A stretch of DNA of 62,662 nt, the filler included. It is 10 parts of 10 records of this genome, joined end to end, with 100 filler letters (N's around TTAATTAATTAA, not from the genome) between each part and the next. Parts side by side here need not be neighbours in the genome. Positions count along the whole stretch, not along the records: positions 42,290 to 46,523 come from SRR15195285_5426; positions 46,624 to 62,662 come from SRR15195285_5429; 8 more parts are not named here. One strand, written 5' to 3'. Below are positions 43,897 to 57,400 of the stretch, one piece after another. Under the pieces are notes generated by a model. That model did no database searches, had not been told where the DNA came from, and was given only the letters and a program-made list of their open reading frames with translations. The translations under genes and the position numbers were made by a program. Every line of letters begins with the position of its first letter. Within the stretch, counting starts at the first letter, position 1.

Positions 43897-46523
43897 TTAA
43901 AAGCGTTGCTCCATTCGCTCGAGCAAACGATGCACCCGAGAAAGTTCTTCCCCTACGCTCGCGCAGGCACACCGCCACGTGTCAGAACCAAGTTGAACAG
44001 ATCTCCAAGTCGATAGTTTTGATGCGAGCAGCACTGTCGTGTCACTGCAAGAAAGCTACAGGCATGTGCTGCACCTTGCGCAAGTATGCGCGCGTTTGCC
44101 TCTCGCTGGGCACGGCGCATGTCTGCCACCATATCCATCAACTCGGCAATCGCAGGCCCATACACTGCGCAGGTACGCGTTCAGAAACATAGATTCGTGC
44201 TAGCAGGATGGTGTGGAGCGGAAGCAAGGAAACGTGCAACACACCGTTCAGACCCCCGGCTCCTGCTCCTGGCGTAGAAGACGCTGAATCGTTTCCAAAT
44301 GTCCAGAAAGAGGTGTCTGGTTCTGGCTGTGGCTGTGTATCTGGCTTCCGTCGTGCACCAGGGACCAATGTATCGCCCACCGAGGCTGCGATCGCATCTT
44401 GCAGCGTCTTAGTGTCCACTACGTCTGATCTGAGTGCATCCATGATCTGCTGGTACGCTTTGGGCATCGGGCTTTTCGGATTTATACCGCCATCCCATTT
44501 ATCGGGATCAGAAGTCTCGTCCGAGTCATGATTCGAAATGGCGGTCATCTCCGCGACCTTCTGCCGAAGTTCTTCTGCAATCGTTTTCAGGCCTGCACTA
44601 CAATCACTTGCATTGAACCCCGTGGTCCCGTTCCCGTGTACACGTTCGAAACACTTGTCGAAAACAGCGCCAAAGCTGCCCTTCCCTTCTCTGGCTTGGA
44701 CAGGATCAATGCGGCGCACACAGTGAGACCAACCAACGCCTGATTCCGAGTCCACCACTCGTACGAGCTTGCCATTAGACCCATCCGGCCGCTTTGCAGG
44801 CACCGGTATCTCAGCCTTGCCGTTTAGCATATTGCGGACGCTATCCGGGTTCTTGAAGACAACCAAGGCCCAGCTATTGTGTACCTGCTCCTTTGTGGAT
44901 GGGCGCCGGCGTTTTACTACTGTTAGTACCTCGCCAAATTCTGAGAAGCGCTGTTTCAAGCATTCCTCTGTCATCTCGTCACGATGCGGTGCCTCAACCG
45001 AGGGAATTTGCCCGACATGAACTGTGTCATTCGCAAGGTCGTATTTGGCTTGCTTCTGTTGCTCGCGCAGCCGAACTTTTCCCACCATGCTGTTGAATTG
45101 GGACGTATATCTGCGGGTCGGAGAGTTTGTACAACACAGGGTGCTGTGGTGAGAATCGTTCAGTCATCACATACCTAGCACACTAGCACCTGCAGCATCT
45201 ATGTATTCGTAGATGTACTGTACATCTGGCTGTGCGGGGAGAAGAGTGCAACAAGCTTTGAAACGTACAGCTTAATGATGTCTTTTTCGGTCTGCGACAC
45301 GTTCTTTTTAGACAGGAGTTTCTCCCCAACGGTCGCAAATCGATTCAGACGAGCCCTGAGCTCCGGGTATTGCGACGCCAACATCCATATTTCGTCCTTT
45401 GTAAGAAAGCACAGGTCGGAGTCAACGACGGCAGCAACTGTGCGCGTTCGGACCTCCGATCCACCCGCAAAGATCTGCGCAACATGAGACTAACGGATCA
45501 GCTTCGTTGCTCGTCAAGGCAACCGAGGGGACAACGAAACAACCCTCAACACACAGTGGTACTGGTCGTGATGGTGTGAGAAGTAGCATACAGCGGCCTC
45601 TCCAAAGAATGCTCCTGGATTCAGGAACCCTAGACGAGTACGGGTTTCTGGGTCGCCCTGATGTTCGCAGTGCAGGTTCACAGTGAACAGCCAGTGAGAC
45701 ATAGGTAACATAATTATGGTAACTGACAAACTCAGCGTTTCACCGCAGGTTTCTGACTGTTCTATAGGGAGGTACTTCGGGTATAAAGAGAATGGCACCC
45801 ACCTTCAAAACCTCAAGCTCTCCTGCCATGAGCATATAGAATTCATTGCCTGGAGAGCCCTCTGTAATGACCTCCTGGCCTCGAAGTACATAAATCGGAT
45901 GGACCATGGAACAGATCGCACTAATCACAGAATTTCCCAGATTCCGAAACATCGGAATGTTGGAGACGTGCTTGCTGTAGCTGTTGTATACAAGCAGCAC
46001 GAGAAACAGGTTAGATGAGTGTCACTACCTCGATCAGCGTAGTCGCGCTGAACGTCTACGATCGGTATCGGACACAAAACTGCCTTTTCTGCGTGTACGT
46101 ACAGAAAGCTTGTCAGCGTCCGGCGCATGGTCGGCGGCATATCTTCAAACATTTGATTTTTATCGATCTCTGTCCGATTGTTCCAGAGCTCATTGAAGTA
46201 AGTCAAAACCGTATCGCTGCAGGCATGTGGGCGCCACTGAGTTAGACCATCAGATGGTGGTTGTGCTGGCCATGCCGCACACAACAGAGAGATTGTTGTG
46301 CTCAGCATTGTGTGACGCACCGGAAAGACTTAGGTACTTCTCTGTCCACCATCCAAGATTTCATATCACGCAGCTTGAACAGCTGCTCCTGGTCATTGTC
46401 TCCTGCCGCCAACGAAATCGTTGCCATCAAGCCTGCAACCAGCCCGAGAATGAAGTCTCGCATCAGCTCAGCGAACAGTGCGAACAGCATCTCCGCGTTG
46501 GTTGCTGCGTGCTCGAGCGCGTT
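43897..46523 (-). CDS. Cyclic-nucleotide-binding (HCN/EAG/CNG-like) cation channel, C-terminal half, fused to RRM-like domain; 5'-partial
   Basis: S6 'EMLFALFAEL..LGLVAGLMATI', C-linker 'MFEDMPPTMRR', CNBD 'IPMFRNL..EGSPGNEFYML..GAFFGE..RTRTVAAVVDSDL'. Intron 45111-45268 joins in frame to the RRM exon. Last exons end 'LERMEQRF*' at 43897. Confidence 0.8.
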
Positions 46524-46623
46524 NNNNNNNNNNNNNNNNNNNNNNNNNNNNNNNNNNNNNNNNNNNNTTAATTAATTAANNNNNNNNNNNNNNNNNNNNN
46601 NNNNNNNNNNNNNNNNNNNNNNN
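46524..46623. other. Artificial contig spacer
   Basis: N44-TTAATTAATTAA-N44. Confidence 0.99.
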
Positions 46624-46718
46624 GCTGCTGCTGCTGCTGCTGCTGCTGCTTTTCAGAAGGCCTACCGCTATAGCTGGGAGGCGTGACTGCTTTTATAGCT
46701 GGGAGGCGTGACTGCTTT
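46624..46718. repeat. (GCT)n microsatellite plus 25-bp perfect tandem duplication
   Basis: TATAGCTGGGAGGCGTGACTGCTTT at 46669-46693 and 46694-46718. Confidence 0.85.
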
Positions 46719-46776
46719 CAGCGAGCAGCGGAATCGGGTCTCGGAAGGCTGGTTGTCCCGGGCGTGTTCGGCAGCC

Positions 46777-48086
46777 ATGGGCCGGCGAGGAGGACCAAGC
46801 AAACTGCGGCTGAAGAAGACGTCAGAGAGGATGGGCCAGGCATCGCCGAACTCCGTGCGACCCGCCTGCCTCCCCATCGCGACCGCGCGAGCTGCAATGA
46901 CTCCCCCCATGGGCTTTTTCGTGCGGAGCAGGACGACGACTTCCAGGCTAGTGCGCCGCCTCGGAGCACGCGTGCGCGTCGCAGCGTCACTATGTTATCT
47001 CAGGAAGAGCAGGAGGAGCAGGAGCTGGCGCTCGCAATCGCGGCGTCGCTGTCGGACAGTCAGTCCTCATCGGATGAGCCCGGTGAGGCAGCTGCAGGCG
47101 CCCAGCCGGCCTCGACGGCAGACGGCTCGGACACCGTGGAAATCTTGTCTGAGTCGGATGCGGACACGGCGCCAAACGATGCGTCGGAAGAGAGTGACTT
47201 CGACGGCGCCAGCGACGAAGATGAGTACGAGGAGGACGCTGCCGCCGAAGAGGAAGAGGAAGAGGAGGAGAGTGAGGGAGAGGACGAAGGAGACTGGCAG
47301 GCAGACGAGGAAGCGGACAACCCGACCGGATTTGGCAAGCCCAAGCCGCAAAAATCGTCACAAAAACCGACAGGCAAAGCTCTCGCTCCGCCAAAGCGCA
47401 AGGCTGCGCCAACTGACGTGCCTCACAAAAAGAAGGCCCGAGGGCAACAGAAGGCGCCCCTGCCGGAGGCGACAGAGCAAACCGCGGCAACTGCTTGCAC
47501 AGGTAATCAAGGGGGCAGCCTACAACTGCCGCCGCCTCCCGCGGCTAGCATTAATGAGCCGATTTCGCCTGTGATCTCACAGCTCCGGTCACCTGCAGAC
47601 CCTGCCGCTGCCTGCCCCATTGTGGGTACCATCCACCCCGCCGGCACCGCCGCCGCCGCTGCTGCTGAGCTTGAGGCCTTCGAGGACATCGGTACTGCAG
47701 CACTGGACAAACCCTATCGCCCCACCTCGTTGCCAGTGCAGAACACTTCTACCGAAGCTGCCGCCTCAAGTGCTGCCAAGAAGGTGGCGTCACCGGGACC
47801 AAACCAAAAAACAGATGGTAAAAGCGTGCTGATGCCAATGAAGCAAGCGCCGCGACACACTGGGCTGCCCTCTGGTTACAAGGAGCAGGCAGCTTGGACA
47901 GTGCAGGGCGCCGGGCTGAAACGATCCAGTACTGGCCAGAGGCTGCAAGGAGGCGCCAAAATTCCAGTCGGCGGCGGCCGGGGGATTAAAGGACTCGGCA
48001 AGAGCCGGGCCCCAACCGCCGGGCTCAAACGTGGCGTCAAGGGTCGCACGGGGTTTGTAGCGCCCAAACCAATGGCACAGAGGTGA
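46777..48086 (+). CDS. Disordered probable nuclear protein with UIM-like motif, acidic tract and basic tail
   Basis: ATG 46777, phase-0 intron 46855-46931. 'EEQELALAIAASL' (UIM), D/E tract, NLS-like PKRK/HKKKAR. Confidence 0.6.
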
Positions 48087-48447
48087 TACTCCACACACCT
48101 CAAACGATGCGTGCCAGTACCTCTAGGATACCTGCCGGTAGAAACTTCCTGTCCGGAGACGCAGGAACCTCATGGATTAAAAGCAGTTTGAGCCTCTGCG
48201 ACTCCTGATTGGCTGCCCAACTAGATCGAGAGCTGCTTCGTGCAACGGTACACAGTCTGCAGTGCAGTCAGGCAGCACCAAATGAAGTGGCGCGTGAGAA
48301 CTGACGAAGCCTGACGCAGTATCTACACAGCCAAATGCGTGCGCAGCGTACTGGGAAACATAACACAGGCGAAGTGCTGCGCGATTTGTATTGAAGTACG
48401 TGCAGGCACGTGCCACGCAATACAACACTGTGATGCGTGTGTTGCTT

Positions 48448-51400
48448 CTATCCAACAGATAGTGCACGGATAAGGTCTGCTTTTGCGTGCGCAACCGCAA
48501 TTTCGTGCTCGTCTCCGACTAGAAGCATTTCGCCGCCTGATCTCAATCCGCATTCCGCTAGAGCGCGGGTCTCATCCTCCAGCGGGAGGTTTAATGGCCC
48601 ATTCTTTCTCTCCGCCACGAGCAGCTCCTGCTGCTCAACCGGAAACTCAGTACACTCAGCTAGGAGGGACTTGAGGAACCCGACGGTCTTCGCGGGTGCA
48701 ACATGCACGCGATGCGTCGCACCACTCAGTTCGCGCACTGTAATTTCGACGGGTTGGCTCTCGTCCACCTGCGGTTCTGGCTCTGGCGCTGGCTCAGGCT
48801 CAGGCTCGGGTGGTTTCTCCTCTCTGTTCACCTGAAACAAAGCCTTCAGGCCCTTCTCTGTGACCTTGCTCACCCAACCAGTTTCCCCTTCAGCGCCGAT
48901 GTTGTGTGCATCCAGTGAGAAGTGCACTCGAACGACGTCGCCAAACGAGCTTTCTTCAAGCGCGTCAACGCACGCTCCAGCCAAAATGAACCCGAGCTTC
49001 TTACTCTCGAGCTCCTTGCCACTGCTCACCGGCATGTCACGCCGACACTCATACCGTTTTCCAAGCTTCGGTTTCGGTTTGTCAAAATTGTTCGCAGGGA
49101 GATGGGAGAGATCTTCGCCTTGATCGAGGACGACGATTGACTGGCCTGGAAGCCGCATATGGACAGCGTCTTGAAGCATGACTTTCCCGGTATCTGTCAG
49201 CGGGTTTGCGGAGACGTCCAGCAGCTGCAGCATGCGGAATTTCTGGTCGCCGCCTTCTCGCGAGTCGAGGAGCTGCACACACGACATCGTAGCTTCAAAG
49301 CCCATCCCGATGTTCGCCATCCGTAGCTCTTTGATGTTTGAGTTGGCTAGCAGCTCAATGAACGGAATGAATGCTGCAATGTGCTCGTCTGGTCGCCAGG
49401 CTTGCCCAATCAATGGGTTCTTCGACAAATTGATGGAACTGAGCGTTGGCAGCACCTCTGGCTTGAACAGCCACCTGGTTAGTATTTGCAGATCATATGG
49501 CCCAAAATTGATCCCAGACAAATCTAGACGGTCCATCACTGGCGTGCCTTCGCCGCCGAAAGCCTCTACGACCTTATCGTTCTTGTCCAGCTTCTCTCGA
49601 GGGTAATCAGAAGATCCAGGCGCGTTTAGAGTGTACGCTTGACTGTGCCAACGATCAACACGAAGACCGAGGCCTGTTGTCTGCGATGAGAATGTACAAA
49701 GGCGATCCAGCCTGCCGATCGCAGCTGCAAGGACGGCCGCTTCACCTGGGCCAATGCCCTTTGCATCATTGATTTGGAATTGTGGCGACTGCCCGCCTTC
49801 TCCGTGCTGTGCGGGAGCCTGTGGCAACTGATTCTCATCATGTTGGACGACGGCTGAAGACATGTTCGACATACTGGTCGAATGCAACAGCTGCGAACTA
49901 GAAGAAGTGCGTGCGAATTCGGCAGCCAAAGATGGCGACAGTGAGGTGCTGGATCGTTGGAGTTCTTCCTTCACGCCGGCTCGAACAGAGTCGGAGCGAG
50001 ACATCCCACGAGGAGTAGCCGTTGATGTACCACTTCTGGTTCGCATGAGGCCACTGCTCGTTCCGCTTAACGTCAAACCTGATTCAGACTGACCAGCTGG
50101 TGCCAGGACAGGACTCCCAAGGGAAAGGCGTACAGTAGATGAGCCGGTCTCGAGCAGCTCAAAGCGCCGTCTCAGCATGTCTGGTCCCCGCCTTGGCCAC
50201 CTGTCTGTGTGCAGCAAGTGTTCACCACCTTTCGGAAATTCCTGAGCGATACGTTCCCAACGCTCCCTCGCAGTGCTAATTTGTTCACCCTCTTTGTAAA
50301 TACCTGCCAACCTACGCAGCTCGTTGTCCTCTGCTAAAGTCCAGGTTGTGAAGTCTAAGGCCGATATGGAGCTCTCTGTGTCCTGAACAGGTATAGTCAT
50401 ATCATTTGCCAAGACTACCTCTTCGAGGTTATCCATGCCCTGACCTTCCGGAAGTTCGATGACGTACGCAATCTTCTTGCCTCCTAGCGTACCAATGCCG
50501 CTGTCAGTGCCATTTCTCGGTAGGAGAAGTTGACGAATGCCACTTGAAAACTCAGACTTCTCGCCGACAACGTTGCAAAACACTTCGCATCCAACGCTAC
50601 CCATGCCAATGTTGCCTAGATTCAGTTCACAGATGGCGGTTGTCTCCAGGCCTCGCACTGTGGCAGTCGGTTGATCTTTTCGCCTGCCATTACACAGCAC
50701 ACGAAATGCTTCGACACCATCTTCGTCATCTGGCTGCTTCAGAGAGCCATGGAAACTCTCGTCATCAGCGTCGTCGTCGCCATCCCCGCCTTCGCAGTCA
50801 GCCGGCTGCTCAGCCCAGGCAGGTGTACGGTTGCTCCAGACCTTTCCCATCAGAGATGGGTTGTTGGAGAGATCAAGGGATGATGCCAAAGCATGGACAT
50901 CGGGCTTGGAAAGCCAACACGACAGAAGTTCGGCATCTGCAGGACCAAGCGACTTATCGGACAGATCTATGTGCTCATCTAGACTGTCTAGCGTGTACAC
51001 CTGTGGGTATCCCACAATGCCTGTAGAATCCACAGTGAGCCGTGTGAGTCTACCAGTTGCGCCGTCGGCCCTGTACCTCCAATCAAACTGCAACTGTTGC
51101 TCAATATCTGCATGCTCAGCGTGTTTGTCTGGGCGTCCATCCAAGCAACTCCACTGAACATCCGGCTCAAGACTAACTGACACACCAGGAGCAAGGAACT
51201 CAGATGCCCCAGGGGTGTTTTCAGTTCTGATGAGCACTCTTGGCGACCAGCCTTCCAGCTTTAGACCAGCGCCTGGCTTTGCCCGCTCTTCTTGTCCAGT
51301 CTGCCAGTTCAACTCGTTTGTAAAAAACCCAACTTCCTTGGCTTCGTTAGGGTGAGCTTTCGATACATCTTTCTTAGTCATCACTGCACCGCAAAATGCA

Positions 51401-54400
51401 AGGACGCCAAACGCTCCGACGTGGCACGAGCTTATGTCCAGCTCACGAATACATGACTCAGCATTTGGCTTGCCGCAAAGCGACTTCGCAAGAGCCTCGA
51501 TCCCTCTTGTGTCAACGTCATACTGCATTCGACACTTGCACCACGGCTGACACCGAGTCTGACAATCTGTCCAGTCCGCTTCACGTTGTTGGAAATGTTG
51601 CTCAACAACTGCTTCCTTGTCTACCAGATTTCGTTTTTTCAATTTCTGGCGCCACTGAAGTAGCTGTGATCGTAGCGCAGAGGACATGCAAACAGTACTG
51701 GTAGGGGTGTCGAATGTCAGATTGTCATCTCTCGCCAAGTCCAGTACAGCCTTCACATCCATGTCAACTGACCCGGGTGGACGAGAAGAAAACTTGAGAC
51801 TCCAAGGCCGTTTTGTTGCTTTGATCAAATTTCGTAGCACGTTCCACTTTGTGCCAGGTTTTACTGGGTTGCGCTGGAAAGAAATCAGGTACATCCCTAT
51901 CGTAACACCGGCAGTATCCAGAATGTAGTTTCCCGTCAAGTCACTCTTCGGGTCCAGCTTTCTCACAGACAGGTCCTCGCTCAACTCAAACGTACCGGAC
52001 ACTACAGTCACGTCGACGGTTGCGGCTGTTACTTCAATCGGCCTTGCGACCCACACTGCCATGTCCTTCTGAAGCCTGGCATACAAGCCAGGGTCGTTTA
52101 ACTTGAAGTCGTCATCGGCTTCTTCCTTGGCGAGAATGATCCGTCGCAGATCTTCGATACTTTTGGCGCGCTTGTCATTTCGGGCATTGGCACAGGCTAG
52201 GCAGAAAAATCGGCGTCGGGCCCGAGCAGTTCCACACACTGCAACTTTATCTTTGCAAGCACTGCATTTGCGTTGGCACCGGCTGCTGCAGATGCAACAC
52301 CAGCCGGGGTCCTTTTCCCAGAAAGACCCTGTCAGTGGATTTCCGACCACGTTCAACTTGTTAAGTGTCGGGAGGATGGTGCTCTCTTTATCACTCAACG
52401 CTTGGGCAATGGACTTGATGTTCAGTGGTCCCAGCCCACAATTTCCGAGGTCCAGGTCAGTAATGTGCGTCTGTGACAATGCTACTTTGACGTTCGCAAG
52501 CGAGTCTGGAACACCTGCATTCGAGGGTGGCGGAGCCGTCCACCATAAAGAGCCATCTGACAGTTCATCTATGGCGATACCACCGAGGTAGTTGCCAGCC
52601 AGTCGCAAAGTGTTAAGATTTTGCTGGATACCGGCACCACGTAAGGCTTCTGCCATTGCTTCAGCACTCCTCGCACCCAGCCCGCAGTACGAAAGATCCA
52701 GCTCCGTTACACATATTCCAGGGTGGCTGAGCGCCATGAACAGTGCTGCGGTGCCAGTAAAATCTTCTTCGCTGGCCGGGTTCGTGTGCAGCGGTGCAAC
52801 TGGATCGTTCGAACAAATCAGCGACGTTCCCGTGCCGCAATTGCCATTGGTCAACGGATTGCCATCTAGAAGTAAGGTATGAATCAATGAGTTTGCCCAG
52901 GCTTCTGCCGGCGAAGCCAATTTATACAGTGCGTCTGCATCCAGCTCACACCTGCTGAGATCAAGCACGCGCAAAAACCGAGAAGCCTGGATGAGGTCAC
53001 GCAGCGCAGTCATTGCACACAGGTGGTCCACACGGACACCGGCGCCAGCCGCGGCATCGACCAGATCCACGCCCGTAATAGGATTCCCCTGTACATCCAG
53101 AACACGTAGATTTGCGGAGCTTTCGAACAACAGTCTTGCTGGCGTCGGGCTGAGGCGAGTCTCACCGACTCGCATCTCAGTTACAGCACTGGTTTTAAGG
53201 GATTCACAAAAGTCAGTCCAGGACTCAAATGATTTCATGCGTAGCTGTTTTCGCTCCTCTTTGGTCGTCTCGAAGTTAAACAAATAACAATTATCTGAAA
53301 TATCTATGGACGTCAGCTGCTTGCGCGTGTCTTCTTTCGCAAGCCACGCAGCCAACAGACCAGAATCGGCCGGACCAAGATTTTTGTTGCGTAATATCTC
53401 TTGTTTGTTGAAACTGAGCTCGTCATCTGTGTCGTAAGGAGATCCAAGTGAATACTTTACCGCCCCATACTCACTGACTTCTCTGCTGCCTGCACCAGTA
53501 GAATACACTTCTAGCCGTCTCAAGTTGAGCCTGACGCTAGAGTTTCGAATCCACCCAGTCAGAAAAACCACGTCGGCGACACCCATACCACTCAGGTCAC
53601 GTAGTTCCCACTTGATTCCAGGGATGGACGACTGGTTGCTTTGCAGTTTCAGCACACGATCGCTGATATCGATCTGCACAGTCTCGACAAGTGTTGGTCC
53701 AGTAGTGTAGTCCCACATTGCTGCTCGCTGAGCGCGAATAGCTTCGGTGTGCCCTCCAAGCACGCGCGCGAGCTGAAACTTGCCACGAATTCCTATCGAG
53801 CTGGATGTGATGTCGCTATCCGCGTGACCCATAAACACCCGCTTGATCTGGCTCCTAACTCGCTTCAAGGTCAGCCACGTGCACACCAGGATAGCGTCGT
53901 TGGGGCCAAGTTGCGAATGTTGGAGATCAAGTTGATGCGGACCTGGATGGTCGCGCGAGCTTTCGTCGCGCCAGGCACGAATCGCATCGTAAGTTGCCTT
54001 AACTGTTGTGCGATCTAGACTATCCATTTCGTCCCAAGTACAAGGCGCATTAGAAATGTCCCATTCTCGATCAATTGACTCGTACCGAAAGTCTGCTGAC
54101 AGCGTGTAGTGTACGGGGTCATCGGGCTTACTGGTGTTGTCAATCGTAAGAATCGATATCGCGCAGCCTTCCGAGTGTTTCTCTGCTTTCACCAACGCAT
54201 CTGCAAAGATTTTCAAGAATTGGCGCGGCAAGTCAACAGCTTGACAATTTTTGTTGAGGTGCCGTGGATCCAGCGATGCCATACCACAGTCTGATATATC
54301 CAACCCAGAAAACCTCGTTCTGGACAGACAGTCGCAAGATTCTTCCCAGATGTTCAACCATGCCAATGGGCTGCCAGTCACTTTGACGCACGCCTGTTCA

Positions 54401-57400
54401 GTAAAGTGGTCGTCGATCCCTACAAGCTTGAATGGAAATTCATCAGTCTTACTAGACTCCCGTTCTGCAGCAGTCGCAGCGTCAGAATGATCGTCGGCTG
54501 CTACTCTGTGCAACGAAACAGCCGAATTTCTAATCCCAGTACTCGAGTCGACTTCTGGAACATTGGCTACTTTTGCGTACGACTTCTGCCGAAACTCTTT
54601 CATGGGAAAGATTGCGACCAAGTCACGTTCCGATGGCCGAGATCCTGAGATCGTCCACAAAAGCGGGTTACGCTTCGCAATCACTGACACTCCGTTGCCC
54701 ATGTGGTTCATCGGAATATCACCTTGAGAACATAGGATCAAGAAGTCTCGCCAGCCCTGGGCATCAATCCGATTGTCGCTAATATCTAAAACACGGAAAA
54801 TTCCTTGCTTGACCGACAACCCTCCGGACAGCGGGCTGCCGCCCTCCACTGGGGCCGCGAACGCTAAGAGCGCGTTGCCACCAAGTAGGTTGCTGCTTAG
54901 ATCGACCTCTTCCAGATTTTCGAGCTTGTGAACGACAGACCCCAGTGCTTCAATGCCGGAAACATCAACGTCAATCATATCCCATTTGTGTGGCATAGAT
55001 CCAGACAAGAAGTTCCCATTTAGCTTCAGCTTTGTGTATTTACAGCAGATGTTGTCAAGCCACACGGCAATGAGTTTGCAGTCTGCTGCACCAAGATACT
55101 TGTCACTCACCACGAGCTCTGTATCCTCAACATCAAGTGTGTAGCAGTATGGATCAAGAAACTGAGGCTGCGGATGAGACGGAAAGCCTGAAACTTGAGG
55201 CTCAGCTTGCTTAACAAACTCTTTGAGTCTACAGCTGGGGCAATTCTTATCGCCTTTTGCACCTGTACAAATATTGTCTTGGAAGCATTTATCCGTGGAC
55301 CTGGAGCGTCGTCCACGCAGACCTGTTGACCGCAGAGATAGGCGCTTGATCCTTTTTGAAACATTGTTTTTGCCAATCCATGCACCAATCAGCAGGAAGT
55401 CAGCTGTAAGCATATTTGAATACTTTTCGGCTGTAAAATCCAGAAAATCCCATTCAACATCAAGCTCATACTTCGAGTGCGGTGTCGGGTTGTCGACGGT
55501 CCTTTCCTCTCCAATACTTAGCGACTTGAGGTTTGGCAATGTAGGAATGGCAGCTGCGACGATTAGTATTTCTCCTGGTTCTAGAAATGCTCCTGAAAGG
55601 TGTAGTTCTTCACAACGTGAATCGTTGACAGCTATGACAGCAGGCTTATGACCGCTGATCAGACCACCGACGACGAGTTTCTTCAGCCTGACGTCCACAT
55701 CCGTCATCAAATTTGCTACAGCTTCACCTCCATCAAGTCCAAGAGGGTTTAGTTCTAGACGCAACGCACTCAAACCTTCATGGACAATCATCTTGGTCGG
55801 GTCATGAGGATCAGGCACTAGTTGTTTTTTGGTTCGCAAACCATGTTCGACTAGAATTTGGGCAGCGGGGCCATGCAAACCAGTGTCATAAGCTTCGAAC
55901 TCCCTCAGACCACACGCAAGTCGATCGCCACTTTCTTTAAATGCCTTGCATATGTACTGCCACTGCATCTTCTCGTGGTCAACAAGGATATCGTTGTCCG
56001 CCTCTTTGCCGATTTCTGACTCCTCATACTCTTTCAGATAAGGAAAGAGCAGGTTCTTGCTCAGGCTGACAGCAGCGACTTTCCTTGCAGCGCGTGCCAC
56101 TTTGATGTCAGCCGCCAGAAGCATGCAGTCCACAAGCGTTTTCTTTCGTGGGTCCTGGTCTGTCGGACTCCAATTCACGACAGTTTGAGATGGTGTCAGA
56201 CCACACAGTGTTTGCAAAGAAGGACTGTCTTCCAAAATATGGATCATGTCTTGACATGAGCTTCCAAGTGGGTTGCCAACTATGTTCAGGCTGGTCAGGC
56301 TCTGGATATTGCGACCAAGTTTCCATTTGGTGTGCAGCTTTTTCTCATGCCAGGTTTCTTTCTGCGAGTCAGACTTGTGCCGATTCCGTTCTGAAACCGT
56401 CTTGATCAACTTCATGCTTGGGGACATCGGGAGTCCACAATACGCGCACACGTGGTTGCTCTTCTGGTCAGGCCAGTCCATTGCAAGCTCGCGGCGATTT
56501 TTGAAGGCCATCTGGACAAGCAAACCGTTCGGGGTCCTCCATCGCAACATCAGCGGCCGCTGCATGTTCTTTCGGCCCATTAGCAAACCCCCCTTGGTTG
56601 ACAATAAACCGGCTCGATTGGCTTTGGGATTCCAAAACGTGGCGCCTACTGTTCTCCTGACGTCCGTCCATCTCCATTCTACCTCCTGTACCAGTGCAAG
56701 TTCCTTGGCCACATGCCGCTTATGCTGGTCCCATCTAACTCGACGGGCAGTGTGTGTCTGAACCAAATCTTCAAACTGCACTGCCTCAGCATCTAATGAG
56801 TACGAGCGAAAGGAAGGCCTCCCACTGTGACCCAGAATTCCTCGTACGTAACACGGCTGTCTCGATTCGTCCGAGTTCTCCATGTCTGGCGTCCGATTCA
56901 AAGTCGCGTTTGATTCTGAACCTTCACTGTCTTTGTCGGCATCAAGATCGCTACCGTCCGAATCTGACAGTACATCGTGTATTGTCCGCAGCCACTCATT
57001 TGACTCGCACAATTCAGTGCCTCGGGCAATCTGTCGTGTCGTGTTGCAGCGCTGGAAGATCTCGTTGCAATCAATTCCTGTAGCTTTTGATGCTTCCTGT
57101 AGCGATGGCCACGGACCCAGACTGTTCGTGCTTCCTTCGAAATCCACATGCACAAAGGTAACTTCAACAATCATGCGACGGGTCAACCGTGCATGTTCGA
57201 CACCCGTGTCGCTCCAACCTGTGAGCTCGATGCAATACACGTCACCGCTTTCAGCATCCAAACCGTCAACATCAATAGATGTAATCCACTTGGTGCATTC
57301 AAGCGGTGGGTGCCAACGGCTTAGCTTCTCGACCTCTGCTTCAATCGTTGTGCACAGCGCACGAGTAAGGTTTGCGAATTGCCCAGTGTCCCTAGTCTCC

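Noticed and set aside
3531-46623. Nine identical TTAATTAATTAA elements as a biological repeat or CRISPR array
   Set aside because: Each is centred in exactly 44+44 Ns, so they are artificial contig linkers. Cross-spacer gene neighbourhoods are meaningless.
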